Source of the DNA: Laetmonice hystrix
Taxonomy: Eukaryota
DNA: 64,000 bases
Direction: 5' to 3'
Assembly: GCA_965235115.1 (NCBI GenBank)
Contig: OZ249443.1
Location: forward strand, 3,968,001-4,032,000
Positions 1-13,700 of this stretch are shown here, one piece after another. Numbering within the stretch: position 1 is the first letter of the stretch; each line of letters begins with the position of its first letter. The notes beneath the pieces were generated by a model that saw only the letters and a program-made list of their open reading frames with translations, had not been told where the DNA came from and ran no database searches. The position numbers were made by a program, and so were the translations under genes.

Positions 1-1144
1 CGTGTCATCACCCTTAAAGTGAGGGGGCACGCACAACTTTCCCCACCCCTCAGTTAGGGAAAAGTCCAACACACGTGTCTGCAGGCCGTATCATATTGAC
101 ACAATTATTACATATACATGTTGAAGAATCTCTGTGGGGGCTTAGTAGGCAGACTTCAGTGGTAAAAAATTGACATTACAGTATGTGGTCGTATAGAGTT
201 GGTCTTTTTAAATCAACAGAAATATGCTGTTATCTTACAACCCTTGGCGCCGTACGATTCTGCATTACCGCACGTTCGTCTCTCATCTACAAAACTAACC
301 CGTATGGACTGTTCAAATATTCCTGCCCTCAAGATGATAAAGAAGTTTGTCATATCACTACATTAGTCTTGCTGAATAATTCTGTGGAAGAAAATCAACC
401 CCAACTACATTATACATTCCTGAGACCCAATCATTCCCAAACTTTCTGTGCTTATCTGTCTCACCCACGCCCGCATCCCACAGTCACCCACTCCACACGT
501 GATGGCAAAGAAAAAAAAGACTTACGCTTCAGACCTCCAACCTTTATCTCAAAAACATCGCCATGAATGGGTATAGAAATATGCCGATTTATTACTCGTT
601 ACACGCCGCCTACGAGTCAGTCCAGCACGTACGTTTATTTTTTGTTTTCATTCACAGCAATGCTGACAGGATTGTAGGGGACTTTGGGAGAATTCTTTGT
701 TCTGTGTGGAACCGAATTTAAGAGAACACTAAGCAGTTATTGATCACCATATATAGGCATTCGTCACCATGATTTATTTGATTCAGACATGTTTTTTTTT
801 TCATTTTTGGAGAAGGATAACTGATTTACACATAAGGCACATTCTTTTCCTTAATTCTTTAAGCATACAAACATCCAAGCAACAGGGTTCTTCACGAATA
901 TTGCATCCTAAATTTTAAATAGTTTTTCGTTTGACATTGTAACATTCTTTTACTTACATTTACATTAATCATAACAATGTTTAGAGTGGAGAATCTTGTA
1001 TGTTATCAGTTCCAGTCGTTACAACGCAACTCGTTTTGCAGAATACCTCTTATGATACCTGCTACCTTTAATAGTGTTTTTTTACAGACAATACCCACTT
1101 CTTAATATGAGAACGCTATATTGTACAGATCATGTATCCCTTAA

Positions 1145-4100
1145 TTACGACGCCTCCTCGAAAGCGACGGCTGCCTCGACCTTGACATAGTATGGCCCCT
1201 CGTTCTGGTAGTGTTTAAGTCGTACCATGTACGGGGCACCAAACACCTCCTCCACTGTCGCCGACTCGGCCAAAGTCTTAACGATCGCGTATTTTCCATC
1301 TTTACCTTCTTTTGTCTTCTCCGTGGACCTGTTGAGGAGGTACTCGTTAAAGCTGGGGAAGTTGTTGAGGACGGTTTGACCCCAGAATGTTTGGGCTAAC
1401 GTATTAAATAACTCGAGCGCCCCACAGCGGAGTTCTGTGAAGGGTTGCGAGGCAATGTTCATCACCATCTCCATGGCCGGTGGATGTAAGTGGTTAAACC
1501 ACTGCTCAGTCAACGCCAACAGTTCGCACGTCTGCTCCGCCACCTGGTGGCAAACACATACACTAAATCTTAGACCGACAGTTTGACATGTATTTCATAA
1601 TTTGAGGACAAAATCTCTTGTGTGTCAGACAATCAAATGGTAAACCCATCACTGCAAATCATTAACACCTGTAGTCGACTTGGGTTTCAACAACTGACCT
1701 GTAGTCGTAGAAGATTGGAGACCACATTCAATACTTTGACTCGGATCTCTGTTGGGGCATTGTAAATGATTTCTCCCATCCGCTGCATTGCAGCATTCAT
1801 TTCAGCTCCTAGCAAAAAGGTAATACATGTATAGGATTGTAATTTTTTCTCGTCCATTCCATTGCATACTCATTTCAGCACAGAACTAATCAAAAGCAAA
1901 TATAGGATTAAAAAGTAAATCACTTTTCCAATGAGTTTTCCAAGATGTGGATACCCGGTATTCAACAGGTAAACAAATCACTCCTGGTTAGCTGTTTGGG
2001 AATCTTACCCAGTTTTTCGAGTGCTTGCTTTCCTTCAACAGTACTGCCGATCACACCTAGTGTTTCAATTGACAGTGACACAAGTGTGATGTCTGCATGA
2101 TGTAGGAGGCGGAACAGGAGTGCGACAAAGTCTTGGAAACGACCACATACTTCCTTTGGATACAGATGAGCCACATTTCCAAAAAACTTCACCAGTCCTG
2201 TGCAATGGCAAACATAAATTAGTCTTGGACTCAGACATTCCTTTTCATACCATGAAACAGACATCTACCAGTGCTACAGTCGAGACATGCATCAACCTTA
2301 TCAACATGGATCTATGTGTGCCTTTGGCAATACTGCAGGTAGAGAACATATGATGTAACTTTTACCTGGCAACAGAAAACCTGTCATGACATCAGTTTCT
2401 GCCAAAACTATCATTTCTTGCAGTTTGCCAACTACTCCTTGCTGCTCAAGGTAATTCAGCCCAATCAATGTCAAGGCCATGTCCTTCAGCAGTTCAAGGG
2501 CATTCAATTGGGTCAAGAGGTCGTCTTTATAAACCTCATTGACAAGTTGTTGAAGAAACCCTGACTGAGCGCACTTGTCGAGAGCCTCTGAAGATATACA
2601 CGCAACACGCACCATAACCTGTTAGTACAATAAAGAAAACATTACTTAAAAAACAAAATTCACAGCATCTGAAGCCAGGGGTATTTATAATCTCAAATAC
2701 ATGAAGCAATGTCAGTTATATTACTTTTTCTTATGACTATTCATACTCTGTCTGTCTTATCTTGAAATAAAGTTACGGAGACCAATTTTGTGGTTTACCT
2801 CATAGACTCGAAACCGCACTGTATCGGAGTCTCCCATTGTAGCATGAAGTTTCTCAACGACTGTCGGGTCAAACAGTACCTCAATGCCTTCACTGGTTCC
2901 CCCTAATTATTATCAAGAAAAACAAGGTCCATTGCTATTCTAGTACAAAATTTGAATAAACTAGGAGTTAACATATAAATTCAGTGTTTTGCAGCAGTTT
3001 TAGTTTTTAAGGGTTTTATAGACAAAGCAGTTATTATTCATTATCCATCCTTGTGCAGGCACATTTCATTAATGTATCAATGAGAGAAAATCTTGAACTC
3101 TTACCTAATTTAACTAATGTATCCTCAGCTTTCTTTGCTACAGATAAATTCTGATCTCCCAAACGAGCCCCTACTTGGACAATTATGTCACAGTGAAGTG
3201 CCACTTGGTAAGGATTTGTTTCCGTGGCTGACAATATCTGTATAATGCAAACAGACTTAATGGTGAAAGGTGTACATAAAAAAAATTAATCAAGTCATTT
3301 CAAGATAAAAATTGGTATCGTGCTAAAGAATTCACAATTGATATTTATTGACACTTGAACGAGCAAAAAATAATTAACTACACTTTTGTTTCTCCTTTTG
3401 AGACATGAGCCTACCTGACTGACAGTTAGATCGCGTATAAGGTGGCTGGGATGACTGAGCCCAATGAGAAGTTCTTCGTGAAACTGGGTCAGCAGAACAT
3501 CAGATTCAAGGCTACCGAGGAGCATGCTGAGAACAACACAGCAAATCTCCAGATACTCGCTGAAAATTAACTCAAAAAATCAGTTACCTACTCATGAATG
3601 AGTGTCACAGACACAGACAGTTTCTATGAGCGAATGTATGTGACGATTACTATGCGAAATCTTTTTATCACCTTTTTTTTCCTAGTTTTGGACTGTCTGA
3701 TGTATATCGACTCAAGATTTTTAATTGTAATAAATTTTTATCTTTTATTTATTTTTAGAGTGCCAACGACTGCAGTCTTGAGACCAGTCACTGTAAAAAA
3801 AAAAAAAAAAGGGCCATATACTTTAGCTAGTGGGATAACATGGTTTGACATGAAATTTTTAGGCTAATTGTTTGAGTTTGTTCACTGTTGTTAGGCCTAC
3901 ATACTACATTCTCGGTCCAAGCCATGCTCGAAACGTCAACGTGCTGTGTCATTGTAAGTCCCTTATTATCGCCCATTCGGCCCCCGACCAACTTACCTGT
4001 CGTCTGTATTCAAACATTCAAAGATGACATTAAATGATGTGTTTGCAACAATATCTCTGAGGGCCGACGGAGGCACAGATGTGAGTAATGTCTTCAGAGT

Positions 4101-4175
4101 AAGCAGTGTTCCCATTTTATCTGTAGAATTCGGTAGCTCGTCAATGAGCGTTGCGATCCTCTCGGAGGCCGCCAT
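1145..4175 (-). CDS. PSMD5: 26S proteasome non-ATPase regulatory subunit 5 (S5b, base assembly chaperone), 8 coding exons, 503 aa
   Basis: Exons (minus): 3997-4175, 3415-3559, 3105-3237, 2799-2902, 2366-2618, 2009-2197, 1699-1808, 1145-1543. All GT-AG and phase-consistent, total 1512 nt. Peptides LGDQNLSVAKKA, DTVRFRVYE, LPGLVKFFGN, IGSTVEGKQALEK, SQPFTELRCGAL and EGPYYVK match recalled human PSMD5 (504 aa) in order. Confidence 0.93.
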
Positions 4176-4774
4176 GTTGAATATGTTAATCTGCAGGCAC
4201 ACACATAATTCTAATAAAGATATGGTTTTGCGACTGCACATTACGTGTAAGAGTATAACGATTGGATTCTGGAGAGGAAGAGAGCACTGAGGTAGCTATC
4301 TCGAACCCTCAAGCCTACCAGGGGCCAGGACAGGCGCTCGAATTTTTTTTATCTGATAGAAAAGAACTCGACACCAATTTTTGCCCGGAGCTCGCTCTCA
4401 GGTTGGGGTTTCTTTCGTACTGATGACCCTGCAGAATAGTAATCCGACCGGGCCAGGAACGGGAAGTGGTTGTCATGGCAACAGCATCAGACTCGGTGGT
4501 GCATCCCCCTTATTTTCGGTGATTTTGTTGGAGTTAGTCGGTATTGAAATATATTAAACAGGATTTTAGGAGCAGGAACAGGAGTTTAACGGAAAAGCAA
4601 TGCCAACAAACCTTTGAGAGCGTAAATAAACCTTCTTGGCAGTGACAGGCAGTCATTCCCCAGAAGATTCTGTGATAGAGAAGTTAGAACGTGCATGCGT
4701 GCCACGCCCACTCAAAAATTATTTCCGGGAGTAAGACTTGAGTCGAACTTGATTCAACAGGATCTGTACAAAAA
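4176..4774. promoter_or_regulatory. Putative bidirectional promoter / 5'UTR region shared by PSMD5 and CCDC180
   Basis: Divergent ATGs are at 4175 (-) and 4775 (+). The interval has an X-box, an ETS-like CGGGAAGT and a probable 5'UTR acceptor (ttcaacag, ends 4760). Confidence 0.7.
4469..4482. promoter_or_regulatory. RFX X-box motif
   Basis: GTTGTCATGGCAAC is a close match to the palindromic X-box GTTNCCATGGNAAC, about 300 bp upstream of a ciliary gene ATG. Confidence 0.6.
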
Positions 4775-7700
4775 ATGACCACGATGGAGGAGATGGGCCC
4801 AGCTCGGGTTGTACCAAGTGGAAAGGTTTATCGCCAAATGTTCGATGCTGAGGTACGTACAGTGACAGGGAAAGTGGTTGTCTAAACTTAACAAGTTATT
4901 TTGGCAATTAGATCTACTACCTGTGCCTGTCCAGCAACAGCAACAACAGGGTCAAAAACAGAAAATAGTATAGGATCTAATGCTAGATCTAATCTGTGAT
5001 TGAGTATGAGTAGACTTCTGTGAGTGAAAAATTGGCTCGATAAGGGAGGCGGAGGTCTGTCCTAGCAAGCCATACTTCAATAGGGCAAAATAATAATACA
5101 ACAAGGCGAATTTAAAAATACAGGATCTAATTTATCAATCATCCTTTTATTATTGTCATTTGTCATTTTTAAAAGGTGCAACTTGTGCGTGCACTAGAGA
5201 AGCGTGAATCGACCATAATGAACCGGGAAGGAACAGGAAGTTTTCATTCAGCTAAAGTTGCTTCAGCTGCAACAATACCCCTGGTTCGTCAAGTGAAAAA
5301 CGAAGGCAGTGGCATCCTAAACAGTCGACAGAAAACATGGATAGAGAGTTTTCCTAACGAGTCTCATGTTGAGAACCCAGTGGTCTACAAGTATGTGTGA
5401 TATTTGCGTGATGTATGCTCTCTGAGTCTGAAAATAGGTATAGAATTAACTTTGGACCTTTTAAAACAATGTTAGTCAACCACTTTAGTTCTATGTGATA
5501 TATCTCTATGTTTAATTTAAATTTTATCCTATTGGAATATGTATCTGCATTTTTAACTTTGTATCTATGAATAAAGATTTTATAGTGAGGAGATTCGAGG
5601 CCAGGAGACGGAACCTGAAAAAAACGTTGCCAGCAAGGAAGTGCAAGGTCTGCCAGATGTCCTTGGTAAGTACTGTGTTTATAATGTCAACCTCTTCAGG
5701 CTAAAGAAAGCAACATTAGGAAGCCGGCCATTTAAAACTAGAAAATTCACAAAATTTACCAGCTTGTTTACTATTGCTCTATTTAATATTTCTTTAAAGA
5801 TATTGTATCCCCAAATAATTAGATATTCCAGTTGTTTTCAAGTGTTATGATTATAAAGTTAAAATTAGAAGAAATTGATTATCTAATTAAAGTTTTTCAA
5901 CTCATAAGACATTGAGTTGTTGAAGAGTAGTCAGTAGCCTCATTCATTCGGCATACATGAGAAGTAAATGATGAATTATTTCACACGTACAGTAATCCAT
6001 CTCTTCATCATGTTCTAGCACCAGCTAAAATCGGATCCGATATCATCGAGAGGATTGGAGAAAGTAGAAAACAAAGGTGGGTACATGTCTCATTTAGGAA
6101 AAAATCCTTTAGTTTATCCAAAAATTCTGACTCGGAGAGGTTGAGGACTGGTCCAGACAGCAGTACTCCAGTGGCCAGTCAGAAACAATTACATTGTGTA
6201 TCTGATTACAATTACTTTGGGTAAAGAATCCGTTTACTATTACTATTAGTTAAATTTTTATTTTAATGAAACTGAAATGATTACATTTTCTTTTACTCAA
6301 AAAAGCTACTTTTGTTTTTCCAACTCCAGACATGAAGCAGCCATTGAAGACATGCACCAGGAGCTGGGACTTATCAGCAATGTAAGCTGGAGAGGTTTAG
6401 AAATTTAAGAACATATTTGAGCCTGATGTCAACTTTGATTAGGACAACAATTCTGCAAAACCTAGAGTGTCTACAATGATTGTCATGAAGAGAGAGCTGA
6501 ATGTTACAATTGTAAGTACACGTACATTATCAACTCTTAGTGTTAATTAGTTGTTGATTTGATTTTGCCAGGATTTCGAGCCCCACATTGATGAGACAGG
6601 AAACAAGTTGCTCCAGATTCTACACCTGGATGACGTAGAGATTGAGACCATTCTAGCACGTATTCAGTCAGATGAGGTAAGGAGCCCTGATCAGGAAACA
6701 CAACACCAAAAACTGCTTTTTTAGAGTTTGAGACATTTTTAAAAAAAAGATTTTTATTTTTTATAAAGTCATAAAAATCAGAATGAACATTTAAACTAAA
6801 AGTATTGGATAGATTTCTCCCAATTGTTTTCAGCTCTGTATTTTACAAAGCCAAGTGCTCAATGGACCCTGTAGAAATTGTGACTTATTTTTCCCATCCT
6901 CCACAGGACATGATGCGCTACAAGCTGCCTGAGTTAGAGGCCCTGTGGGAGGAGGTCGCGGCACACTCCGTGCAGCGACAGCACTCTATTCATAGTCTGG
7001 ATGCCAGTGTCACAGAAATGGAAGCAGCAAGGATTGAAAAAGTAAACATATTAGGGTTTTTATATAATCCAAGGCTCACGTTTAGTGGTCAGTGTATTGT
7101 GTACCTCTCATTGAACCAAAGATGAATGTTGTGTGACCATGTTGTAAGGTAAATCTCACTTTGATCATGACTGGCCTGATCTGACTTAGTTGTAACTTTA
7201 CCGCACATTTGATACCTTATTGTGACTACGCTGACCATGGTATACTCCCGATCCTCCTGTAGGTCCGCGATGTCTTCCAGCACTATGCTAAAGTACTAGA
7301 GAAGGTGGCACACCTGATGCCGCCCGATCTCCAGCGTCTTCTCGACAAAGAATCCCAGGTGAGGCCAAACACTTCACCAAGAAATAAATTCACAGGGGTC
7401 ACTAAGTCTCAAATTCTGATGATAGCTTTGGCCGTGCATATAGGGTGTAAGATATACAATGTATAGTAATAAAATAAGAAAATATAGATGGGCAAACAGA
7501 TGTTTTCCTTATATGTGATGAACATAAGTCTTTAACTGTGGCTGATATTTTAAGACCTGTAGTGACCTATTTCTGTTTGTGTTTAAAGTTGATAAACCAG
7601 ACAGTGCTGAGTAAGTAGTGACAGGGTCCGCCAAATCCCCCAGAAATGTGGTTGCCCAGTGGGCAACCACAAATTCAAAAGTGGTTGCCCGACAAATAGA

Positions 7701-10700
7701 ACTGGTTGCCCAGGATTTTTTGGTTAAAATATAAAGAAAAGCTTTGATTCACAAAAAAATAATTTTATTTGCCTCAAAAACTTGAAAAGCTTTTTCACAA
7801 CCCTACCTTATGGCCATCAAGATGGCGATAGCCTGGGTTATCTGTCAGCCAGTGGTCTATTGCAGTGTCTGGGTCAAAATCCTCAAACTTTGGCCCATCA
7901 ACTGCAAACGTTATTTGGTCCACTGACTCTGAACTGTCAGCACCAACCAACATCACTCAGTCACTCTAATAGGCAGCCGAAGTAGGTCACGAGAATTCAA
8001 GGGATTTCGCGTTGTCGGGACAAGGAGCAGATAGCCTCGCTGGTTTAACATTGCGATGGCCATAGGGAACAGTGACGGTCAACTTTAAAATATTTTCATT
8101 CTGCAGTCAAGTCGCTGTTAATATTTCACCATTACAATCCATGATTGCTGGCATGTTTACTCTAGGATAAAGTTTGTTTTATAGTTTAGAAAGTTAGATT
8201 GTGAATATACAGGCTGGTTTTTGTAAACCTGTCGGCCCTGTCAATGCTAATCCTATGGGGAAATTTTTGACGTCACAATCGCATGGCGCACGTTTGGTGC
8301 TATCGCGAGCTGGTTTGAGGCTATTTAACGTCATTTGCATAACCAGGTCACGAGACTTCTGCGCCCTATGCTGCCGGCTGCCGGCAACACATGTGCTTCA
8401 GCCCAACTCCAGGGCCAGGCACACATGATGTCATGTGACATGTACTGATGTAGTCACCCGACGGGCGACCAATCAATTTAATCCAGTTGCCCGGACCGAA
8501 ATTCTGGTTGTCCCGGGCGCTCGGTCCCTCGATTTGGCGGACCCTGAGTGACCTATGTCTGTTTGTGTTTAAAGTTGATAAACCAGACAGTGCTGAGTAA
8601 CCGCCGGGCGTATGCAGACCTTTACTCTCGGCTGATGATGGCGGACATCGATCGTGAGAAAAGGCTTCACACTCACTGGCAGACTCGGGTGGAAGACTGG
8701 CGCAGACTTCACACTGAGGCAGCTGTCAAGGAATTCTGGTAAGTTGAAGACATTTTCTTGCGTCTTTCAGTATATAATAAAGACTGAATCTATCCAGTAT
8801 CCTTGTAAAGTGCTGCCACCTAGTGTACAGGCAGTCAACTAAAGTCTACATGCAGTTCTAATATTACCCACTAGAGGTCCTATGTAGATATGGATGCCAT
8901 GAAATGATTTCCCAGGAGTCTCCATCGCTAGAGATTAAAAATGTTTTCTCCAGGAAACCCCATTCGTTTGTCTCAACACTATTGTCTTAAAACCAGGAAT
9001 AACAATTTGTAATGGCAACTTGCATGCAGTTTCCAAAATTGATAACTCAGCTAGGTACAAAAATATGTTAATCAGGTTGGGTAATGTTCAATGTCTTTCT
9101 CAAACCAAAATTTCCTGACATGAAATGAAGAATGATAAATGGTAAAAAAAAACAGATAATTAAACAAATATTACTTTGACACATAGTCTGACCAGGACTG
9201 AATAATCCCATTGATTTCTTACTGTGAATATGGTTGTCATACTGATATTGATTAGTAAGGATTTAAATATCACACCTTTACTCCATTCTCCCATCTCTTC
9301 AGTGTCTTCATGGAGAGTGAGGCGATAGAGGCGCCACCTGGTGCTAGGATGGTTCTCGAACACATGCAGACAGAGCAGGCGTCACTCAACAAACGCCGTC
9401 TAGAGCTCATCCTCTCACTCAAGTAAGGCAGTGTTGTTAAACTTTAATTTTAAATTCAAGAAATCTTTCAAAATTATCTACACCTTCCAACCAGTACATT
9501 GACTAAATATCATGAAAATACAGCAGATGAGGTTGGTATTGAGAGAAAAACGTCAGCCATAATTCAGAACCAGTGTTTGAAAGTTATACGCAAGCGACCG
9601 ATAGTTTAAGTTGTGTATTGGTAAACTGTATAGGGACCTGAAGCCGCCCAGTTCAACCAAAACAGGAGTGTACCACTGGAACCAACAAGTCATAGATGTC
9701 TCTAAGGAAATAGGTAATTATAATTTAATTCTAAACCTTTATACACAATATTATTATGTGTTGACATGATGGTAGAATAATAATATAGTCCAGGATAATC
9801 CTAAAAAAATGCCCCCACAAAAATACATTTCTATGCAATTATCCTTTATCTGTTTTCAGTCAGTAGTATAGGTACATTAAATAGTGTTAACCAAATGGGA
9901 CTAAAACATGCTGGGTAATTTCAGATGCTCTGAACCAGGAATATTTCACCAAACTGTATGCAGAGTATGAGAAGGTCTGTCAGCATTGTCTCGCAGAGGT
10001 TGAAAAAGTTAAGGTGAGTTGAATGTAAAGATCGTCCAGTTAGAGGTCCGAGGGTGCAAAGAAATGTCAAATGATGGGCCCAAATACCGCAAATTTACTG
10101 TATTCATTTGATTTCTTAGAAAATATTGAAGTTAATTTAGAATTAAGCAATTTCTCCCTGTTTGTTTCTGTGTATAGAATGTTTCTCTTTTCTCTTGTCT
10201 ACTTCCTTCCCGCCATCATCGTGTTCAGACCGACCTAGTGGTGCGAGGTATCTGTACAGAGACCAAGGCACAGGACGTCATCAACCAACAGTGCCTCCCT
10301 CTGGTGGGAGAACGACAAACTACATTTGAGAAGATTCTAGAAGAAATGGATGTAAGTATAATGTCATGTTGTCCTAGGTATCTGATTGCAGGCCTTGTGT
10401 TTTAAGGCGTGCGATCGCTCGCGTGCACCATAGCGCGCCTAAATCCCAGAGAGGCACGCGAAAAAGCACGCACCTAGTGATAATAAAATCGCACACCGTG
10501 CTGTTTACCATCACCATGCCGACTACATGCAGCCAGGTTGAGTGGTGATGTTCCACTAGGGCCTGTTACAATCGTCGATTCAGCAACAGAACAGCCAATC
10601 TGAGCAAAAAGTAAACCTTTGAAAGCTGAGAATGATCCTTCTCTGTTCACATGGCACACGTCACATGTCGAAATTTCAGAAAGCTCTGGAGACCCACAAC

Positions 10701-13700
10701 GCCTACCTTCTGGATCAACTCAAGTCTCTCTTCAAGTTCTGCCAGGGGGCAGCACATGTCTGGGACGTGCATGAGATCGGGTTGGCTCGCCAAGAGAGGG
10801 CGCTGCAGGAGATGTTAGATAATTGTCGTCATGGACACGATAACCAGAACCAGGTACGTCATCCACACACGGTGGCTTGGTCATATCATATTGGATAACA
10901 TTGAATTAAATTATGGAATTATTCTCCAGAAAGAGAACTTTACTATCATAGAATTCGTAATTTGTACTTCATTATGTGGTGTAAAGAAAATAACTTGTAA
11001 GTACCCGGTATGTAACAGTACTCCATAGGCTATGAATGATATCGGTATGAGATATGAAGTTTTTCACTTTCTACTCCTGTTGAGTTGATCCTGTTATAAA
11101 TAAAGTTCTCCCTGCGCTATGAGAGTTGAGGGGGACACCTTCCCTATCCTCACAAAATGTCCCTGATTGTAACAGGAGAAGGAGGCTCAGCTGGACATCG
11201 TGATGGACCGGATGAGGCAAGACGCCACAGAACAGTCACTCCAAGACAGCCTCAAGGTGGCGCTGGACATGCTCGGTAAAATCAAGGACGGGTAAGTATG
11301 CACACACACGCACACACGTGCATACATGTAGAGTGTTGCCATTTAGCTGAGCACTGCGATTTTGTTTTGCATTCATTAATGCAGAAGTTTTCAATTTTTT
11401 GTTATGTTTACTTTGACTCCCAAACAAACTACCGGTACTTGCCAAGTACTTATCAATATGAAATAGAAAACTATTTTTATGTTTATTGACTTTGATTACT
11501 TTTACTCCTGCTGTTCTGTGGTTATATACCTCAATCATGATCACTTGTTTAACATATATTATTTTTGATTATTTATTTAATCATTTATATTTTTTAAACA
11601 GATATGAAGTATTCCATAGTCAACAGTTGAACCTCGTAGCCAAATACCCTGACATGGTCCAGGGAGAACTTTACAGCTTTGACAAAGCTGTCTGCAAGTT
11701 CTTCGGCGTTGACCGAAGCCATCCTGAAGTAAGTTCCTCTAAGATCAATTTGTGTTCACATTGGTGGGAACCTACTGTACTAATTCTTTAAGATAAACGC
11801 ACTCCCTTCCTTCTATGACGAACGGGTGTGTTTCCCGTCTTCCAACTATATCTCAATAACATTTGACCTAATGATTGTACATGTACTCCTTACTATAGAA
11901 ATATTCATTAAATATTCCTTAACTAACAAAACTATTTTAAAAATCAAAGCTACTAATCAATATTTTTAAAGAAGAAAGGCACGTGTCATATAACATGCAT
12001 GGCTCTTGTATTCAACATTGGGTAATTATTTTCTGCAATCACTGCAGTTTGTGATTACAAGTGCTACTAACGTTAGATGAGACAGAGATTTGCATTATAT
12101 CCCGTCGATGTCAGACCTGCAGACATACAGTGATACAGGACTCGGAATGTTTTAATATTTTATGAGTTTCGCCCATCATTTTGACAAGGCATTCACAGGA
12201 CCGACATGTATCATTTATAGGCGTAGGACGATTGCAGGTCTGACATTGGGATTTGTAAACCCATAATTATACCTGCATCATGACACAGGACCGACATGTA
12301 TCATTTATAGGCGTAGGACGATTGCAGGTCTGATATTGGGATTTGTAAACCCATAATTATACCTGCATCATGACACAGGACCGACATGTATCATTTATAG
12401 GTGTGGGACGATTGCATGTCTGACATTGGGATTTGTAAACCCATAATTATAACTGCATGTTGTGGGATTAACACTGGCTTGTATTCTCTGCTCCTCCTCC
12501 TCCTCCTCCTTCTCCTCCTGTGTGTGGCGTACAGGAGAAGGAGTCTGAGACTGATGAGGATCCACCGACAGACGCTGCCACAGACGCTAAACCTAAACCT
12601 TCGGTAATTCGTTAATAATGTTAATTATAACGAGAAACAGATTAACTTAACAGAGATATTTGTTACGTGGATTTTCTCTAAGTAGGTGCCATGTTATAGT
12701 CCTGAGAGGCTTCCTACAGCCCCATATTTAAGGTGCTGTTCCTCAGAGAAAGGAAAAGAAAAGAGAGCGAGAGAGAAAACTTTTAGCTGTATGAAGTACC
12801 TACATAGAGAAAATTTCATATGTTTTTGATGATTTACAGGCTGTACAACTAAGATTAACAAAGTTTAAGTTACGGTTACTTTGAAAAACGGTATTTACGG
12901 TCTATAGGATGCCACGACGGCTTTCTAGAAACATTTAATTACCGGTAGTCATGTATTTTTCTGTGGCCTTTAGTTTAGGTACGGAAGTGAACCGATTCAG
13001 TTGCTGGTTCACGTTGGGTCTGCCTTTTTTTTAGTCAATTGACGTATTTGGTCAGCTTCATTTAAACATTTTAGCTCCGTTTTATCATGTTTCCGTTTCT
13101 GGCAAACTGACCGAAAGTATCATTTGCTCATTATTTATTTTCCCGTAGTTATGTTTAAAGCTTTTTATAACAAATTAGGTTGGGTATCAATATGACAATG
13201 ACATAGGAATTTGTATTGTAACAGCCATTGTGGGATGGAAACCAACATGTTTGAACTCATAAATTTTAGGACAATGGAAAGAAGAAAAAGAAGAAACCAC
13301 AGGGTGCCGACATCTTGCGATCCAATCAGGTTAGTGTACTTAGGAACTTTGTTTCTATCAGTTTTTATTTTCATTACTCGCCTTCATTCCAGGTATTGGG
13401 ACTACAAAGAGAGATCCTGAATGGTAATAATGACGGAGTCAGTCATGTTATGCCGGTAAACACTTTTTTTGTAAATAATATTCCCCATGTGTGTGTGTGT
13501 GTGCCAGACCTTTGAAGTAGCAGGGATAATTGGTCTGTCTGCAGCACAGTTTTGTGTTGATGTGAATGCCTATGTCAATTGCATACCATTTTATTGTCTG
13601 TTTATTTCAAACAAGAAAAGTGATCCACCGGCAACGCAAAATAGGTTAATAAAAAAACGACGTTTTAGGACACTAAAAATATATTTATACGTCCTTAAAG

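Noticed and set aside
183-566. 127-aa plus-strand ORF at the window start
   Set aside because: No recognisable domain or splice structure; it lies downstream of the PSMD5 3' end and is probably a chance ORF.
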